The position numbers and the translations under genes were made by a program. A stretch of 24,892 nucleotides of DNA from Octopus sinensis. Taxonomy: Eukaryota. A model generated the notes under the pieces. The model did not search any database. It was given only the letters and a program-made list of their open reading frames with translations, and was not told the origin of the DNA. How positions within the stretch are numbered: position 1 is the stretch's first letter; each line of letters begins with the position of its first letter. The stretch covers positions 1 to 24,892 of the forward strand of contig NW_021836282.1 in assembly GCF_006345805.1 (NCBI RefSeq). The letters are read 5' to 3'. Of the stretch, positions 20,596-24,892 are shown piece by piece.

Positions 20596-20928
20596 AATGG
20601 AGGTACAGTTGGGGTGCAGTAGAGATGCAGCGGAAGGAGAGTAGAGATGCAGCGGAAGGACACAGGACATCCAATGAAAAGACATGGGTGAATGAAATGG
20701 AAGGGCAGCGGAGGCACAGTAGAGGGACAGTGGGAAAACAGTAGAGAGACAGTGGAGCCACAGTAGAGAGATACAATGGAGGTACAATAGGGGTGCAGTA
20801 GAGACGCAGCGGAAGGAGAGTAGAGATGCAGCGGAAGGACACAGGACATCCAATGAAAAGACGGGTGAATGAAATGGAAGGGCAGCGGAGACACAGTAGA
20901 GAGGCAGTAGGAAAACAGTAGAGAGATA
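20596..20928. repeat. 179-bp tandem duplication built from ~11-bp CAGYRGRRRnn subunits
   Basis: AATGGAGGTACA starts at 20596 and 20775. Confidence 0.93.
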
Positions 20929-21015
20929 GAATTATGCAAATAAGACAGGAAAAATGCTAAAATATTGTCTTTTCTCTCTCTTTCAACATTCTTGAATGAC
21001 TATATGTGTGGATGA

Positions 21016-21047
<32 letters not shown>

Positions 21048-21049
<2 letters not shown>

Positions 21050-21445
21050 TTTACTCTTTTACTTGTTTCAGTCATTTGACTGTGGCCATGCTGGAGCACC
21101 GCCTTTAGTCGAGCAACTCGACCCCGGGACTTATTCTTTGTAAGCCCAGTACTTATTCTATCGGTTCTTTTGCCGAACCGCTAAGTTACAGGGACGCAAA
21201 CACACCAGCATCGGTTGTCAAGCAATGCTAGGGGGACAAACACAGACACACAAACACACATATATATATATATACATATATACTTTAGGCTTCTTTCAGT
21301 TTCCATCTACCAAACCCACTCACAAGGCTTTGGTTGCTCCAAGGCTATAGCAGAAGACACTTGCCCAAGGTGCCACGCAGTGGGACTGAACCTGGAACCA
21401 TGTGGTTGGTTAGCAAGCTACTTACCACACAGCCACTCCTGCGCC
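21048..21445 (-). mobile_element. Family A SINE, full length, within (TA)n
   Basis: Homolog of 3553-3960. Confidence 0.94.
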
Positions 21446-21540
21446 TATATATATATATATATACACACACACATATATATATATATATATAAGCAAAATA
21501 AAAGAATAGAAGAAAATTATATATATATATACATTTATGT

Positions 21541-21702
21541 TGGAGATGCAATGGCCCAGTGGTTAAGGCAGCAGACTCGCAGTTGGAGGATTGTGGTTTC
21601 GATTTCCAGACCGGGCGTTGTGTGTGTTTATTGAACGAAAACACCTAAAAGCTCCACGAGGCTCCGGCAGGGGGTGGTGGTGACCCCTGTTGTACTCTTT
21701 CA
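21541..21702 (+). mobile_element. Family B SINE head and body, no tail
   Basis: TGGAGATGCAATGGCCCAGTGGTTAAGGCAGCAGACTCGC...TGTACTCTTTCA. Confidence 0.88.
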
Positions 21703-21825
21703 TAAAATAAGGGCAAAAGAAAAATTCTAATGCCAAATATGCCGAAAAAAAGACAAAATTGTTATTAACCATTATAATTTATGCGTCTCGAAACAAACCG
21801 ATAGAAATCTCTAAAAAATCCATTA

Positions 21826-21886
21826 TTACCGTGTTGGTCCCAATTTCGGGGTTAATTCATAAGAATTTTCGCCTCCTCAGCGATAA
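21826..21886 (-). ncRNA. Type I hammerhead ribozyme-like motif (one core substitution), probably from a Penelope-like terminal repeat
   Basis: Minus strand: ttatcg CTGAGGA ggcgaaaattcttatgaattaacccc GAAA ttgggaccaa CA cggtaa; stems I, II and III can all pair; U16.1 is C. Confidence 0.6.
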
Positions 21887-21938
21887 ATATGTAAGACATA
21901 AATGAAATACTTACTTATATATATATATGTATATATAT

Positions 21939-22096
21939 GGTGAAGGCACATGGCTTAGTGGTTAGGGCATTTGGCTCGGGATCGTAAGGTCGGAAGTTCA
22001 AATCCTAGCGATGTGTTGCGTCCTTGAGCAAGACACTTTATTTCACATTGCTCCAGTCCACTCAGCTGGCAAAAATGAGTTGGACCTGTATTTCAA

Positions 22097-22097
<1 letters not shown>
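21939..22097 (+). mobile_element. Family E CORE-type tRNA SINE, 3'-truncated
   Basis: TGGCTTAGTGGTTAG (A box), AGTTCAAATCC (B box), CORE-like GTCCTTGAGCAAGACACTTTATTTCACATTGCTCCAGTCCACTCAGCTGGCAAAAATGAGT. Confidence 0.85.
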
Positions 22098-22134
<37 letters not shown>

Positions 22135-22140
22135 AGATAG

Positions 22141-22449
22141 CAACATCATCAGAAAGAAGTCTGGTGTGAGAGATGTCATCACAGAATATACTCGCAGCAA
22201 GTATAGATGGGCTGGACACATTGCCCGGCTCACCGATAATCGGTGGACACACGCAGTTGTTGTGTGGTACCCGCGTGAGCGGAAAAGACCACCTGGAAGA
22301 CCTCCACGACAGTGGAGTGACGATTTCAAGAGGACGATTGGGATCACGTGGATGAGAAAGGCGCGATCCAGAGAGGAGTGGACAGCGTGCTGTGACCAGC
22401 GGTGTCAAATGGACGCCTGACGGACTGGTCGGTCAAAGTGATCAAAGTG
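22141..22449 (+). mobile_element. 5'-truncated RTE-clade LINE (ORF C-terminus, short 3'UTR) with 12-bp TSD
   Basis: NIIRKKSGVRDVI...KYRWAGHIARLTDNRWT...WYPRERKRPPGRPPRQWSDD...ARSREEW is the RTE ORF C-terminal signature; (TCAAAGTGA)2 tail; TSD ATATACAGATAG at 22129-22140 and 22450-22461. Confidence 0.95.
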
Positions 22450-23154
22450 ATATACAGATAGATAAAGAGAGGTAGATGTAGAGAGACAGATACAGACAGA
22501 CACAGGTTAAGTTTCCTTTGGTGAGATTTAAAACTCAGATGGTTGCAAGCCAAGAAAAAATTCTATAAGACATTTAGTCTGACGCTCCACCGATTCTGTC
22601 ATTTCACAACTATAGTAACAAGATCTTTGATATCACATCCTAAAAAAGTCCAGCTCCGGCCCTCCTCGGATGACCACCAAATGACCAGTCGGTGCATTAA
22701 AGGTCATCGTCTTTGGTGTAAAATCGATCGCTTGTGTCCGTCCTGGCTTCTTAGCCGCAGTTTTCGGGTCAGAATTGAATTGAAGGGTTGTTGGCAAATT
22801 TGCAGGTTTTTAGAATAAATAAATATATTGCAAGAGGCCTGTCAAAAATGGCTGGAATTATGTGGGGGTGGGGTGGGTGATTATGGGGACGGGTTGGGGG
22901 GGAATGGTGATTGAAGACTTTATTTCTTGGTGTGTGTGTAGAATTACAGGCTCATGTGTGTGTGTGCATCAATGTATATATGTGTAGAACATTATTTATA
23001 GATGTGTGTATATGAGTGTACATGAATGTGTAAAGCAATTGTACACACACACACTCCATCCATTCATCCATCTATCTTTCTATTTCTCAATCTATCTGTC
23101 TGTCTGTCTATCTATCTTCTAACATAGACACACACACTTATGTGTATGTGTATG

Positions 23155-23265
23155 TTAGAAGATAGATAGACAGACAGACAGATAGCTTGAGAAAGAGAAA
23201 GATAGATGGATGAATGGATGGAGTGAGAAATAGATAGTAAGACAGACAGATAGAGGGATATATAT

Positions 23266-23296
<31 letters not shown>

Positions 23297-23410
23297 TAGA
23301 TAGATAAATAGATAGATAGATAAATAGATAGATAGATAAATAGATAGATAGATAAATAGATAGATAGATAGATAGAGGGATAGATAGATAGAGGGATAGA
23401 TAGATAGAGG

Positions 23411-23458
<48 letters not shown>

Positions 23459-23510
23459 GATAAATAGATAGATAGATAAATAGATAAATAGATAGATAGA
23501 TAGATAGAGG

Positions 23511-23566
<56 letters not shown>

Positions 23567-23670
23567 GATAAATAGATAGATAGATAGATAGAGGGATAGA
23601 TAGATAGATAGAGGGATAGATAGATAGATAAATAGATAGACAGACAGACAGATAGACAGATAGATAGAGG

Positions 23671-23712
<42 letters not shown>

Positions 23713-23784
23713 GGGATAGATAGATAGATAAATAGATAGACAGACAGATAGATAGACAGATAGATAGAGGGATAGATAGATAGG

Positions 23785-23824
<40 letters not shown>

Positions 23825-23830
23825 CATAGA
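23155..23830. repeat. (GATA)n tetranucleotide microsatellite
   Basis: Visible. Confidence 0.97.
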
Positions 23831-24149
23831 GTTAGATGAATGTGTTGTGAGTAGAATGCAGTTGAAAGAAACTTGGCAAAGTCAGTTTTCATTGATGTTA
23901 GAGAAATTTTATTCACTTCATTTCTACGTTAGATAGAGGGTTTTGTCTGTGTGGAACATAGACATAGAGGTCATGAATGGAAGGGATTTCAACCTAGGTC
24001 TCATTACTCAAGGTTCCTTGCAAGCAAAAAACACCACCACCACCACCACCACTGCAACCTCCACCATCACCATCACAACCACTGCTAGGCCTACGTAATG
24101 TTGGAAAATCAGCCCGGTCTCAAAACAGACACATTTTTATATATTGAGA

Positions 24150-24181
<32 letters not shown>

Positions 24182-24195
24182 GATAATAATAATAA

Positions 24196-24541
24196 TAGGG
24201 AGTATGGCTCCAAACTTACAGGGAAAAATAAGATTTAAGATTAAACCGAATTTCACATATAAATATGTAAAATATGAATTAGAGATAAAACCACTATTAG
24301 GCAACTCAAACAGTGATAGATATAAACCAATACAATAAATTTTTTAAATAAATATAATTAATATAATATATAAAATATAAAATTTAAAATTTGAAATTTT
24401 ATATGTATTGGTTTATATGTATCACTGTTTGAGTGCCTAATAGTGGTTTTATCTCTAATTCATATTTTTAATATTTGTACTGTGAAATTTGATTTAATAC
24501 TAAATCTAATTTTTCCCTGTAATTTGGAGCCATACTCCCTA
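24196..24541. repeat. Imperfect long inverted repeat (~145-bp arms, AT-rich spacer); third partial copy at 24839-24868
   Basis: TAGGGAGTATGGCTCCAAA (24196) / TTTGGAGCCATACTCCCTA (24523); perfect 35-bp core 24269-24303 / 24434-24468. Confidence 0.93.
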
Positions 24542-24572
24542 ATATTATTATATATTATTATATATATATATA

Positions 24573-24613
<41 letters not shown>

Positions 24614-24616
<3 letters not shown>

Positions 24617-24812
24617 TGGTTTTCAACCAGGGTTCCGCCAGTACAGTCCAGGGGTTCCGCAAGAAGTTACAAAACTGCTAAAATGACAGTAATTTTAAAG
24701 TCTCGCTGTGCAGATATGTGTGCAAAAGGCTATTAAATTATTGCACAGGGGTTCCTCGAGCCAGTGGAATGTTTCCTTGGGGTTCCGTTCCAGCAAAATG
24801 TTTGAAAAACTG
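24614..24812. mobile_element. 199-bp hAT-type MITE inserted in (TA)n
   Basis: CAGTGGTTTTCAA ... TTGAAAAACTG termini; four GGGTTCC subterminal motifs; ATATATAT on both flanks. Confidence 0.85.
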
Positions 24813-24892
24813 ATATATATATATATATACATTATATTAAATTAGAGATAAAACCACTATTAGGCAAATCAATCAATGAAAACATAAGCCAA

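Noticed and set aside
8-24736. Most ORFs in the track ([12 protein letters not shown], poly-H/T/G/D, and recurring GTMWLVSKLL / DCGHAGAPP peptides)
   Set aside because: They are translations of microsatellites or of non-coding SINE copies, often open in several frames on both strands.

Overview
This is eukaryotic, AT-rich, repeat-saturated intergenic or intronic DNA. The tRNA-derived SINEs, internal (TA)n tracts and very high microsatellite density suggest an octopus or other coleoid cephalopod genome (inference, no search run). No intact host gene can be supported; almost all ORFs in the track are translations of microsatellites or SINEs. Supported content: two degenerate mariner elements (one rearranged and hit by a CR1/L2-like LINE tail; one with both TIRs and nested SINE, hAT and piggyBac-type insertions); a 5'-truncated RTE LINE with a 12-bp TSD; many copies of at least five SINE-like families (my working labels A-E); several MITEs; and two long inverted repeats. 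Most notable: a near full-length U6 snRNA retrocopy fused to the 3' tail of the dominant SINE, a near-canonical type I hammerhead ribozyme motif plus weaker relics, a 100-bp perfect palindrome, and a SINE whose tail matches the RTE LINE in the same window.
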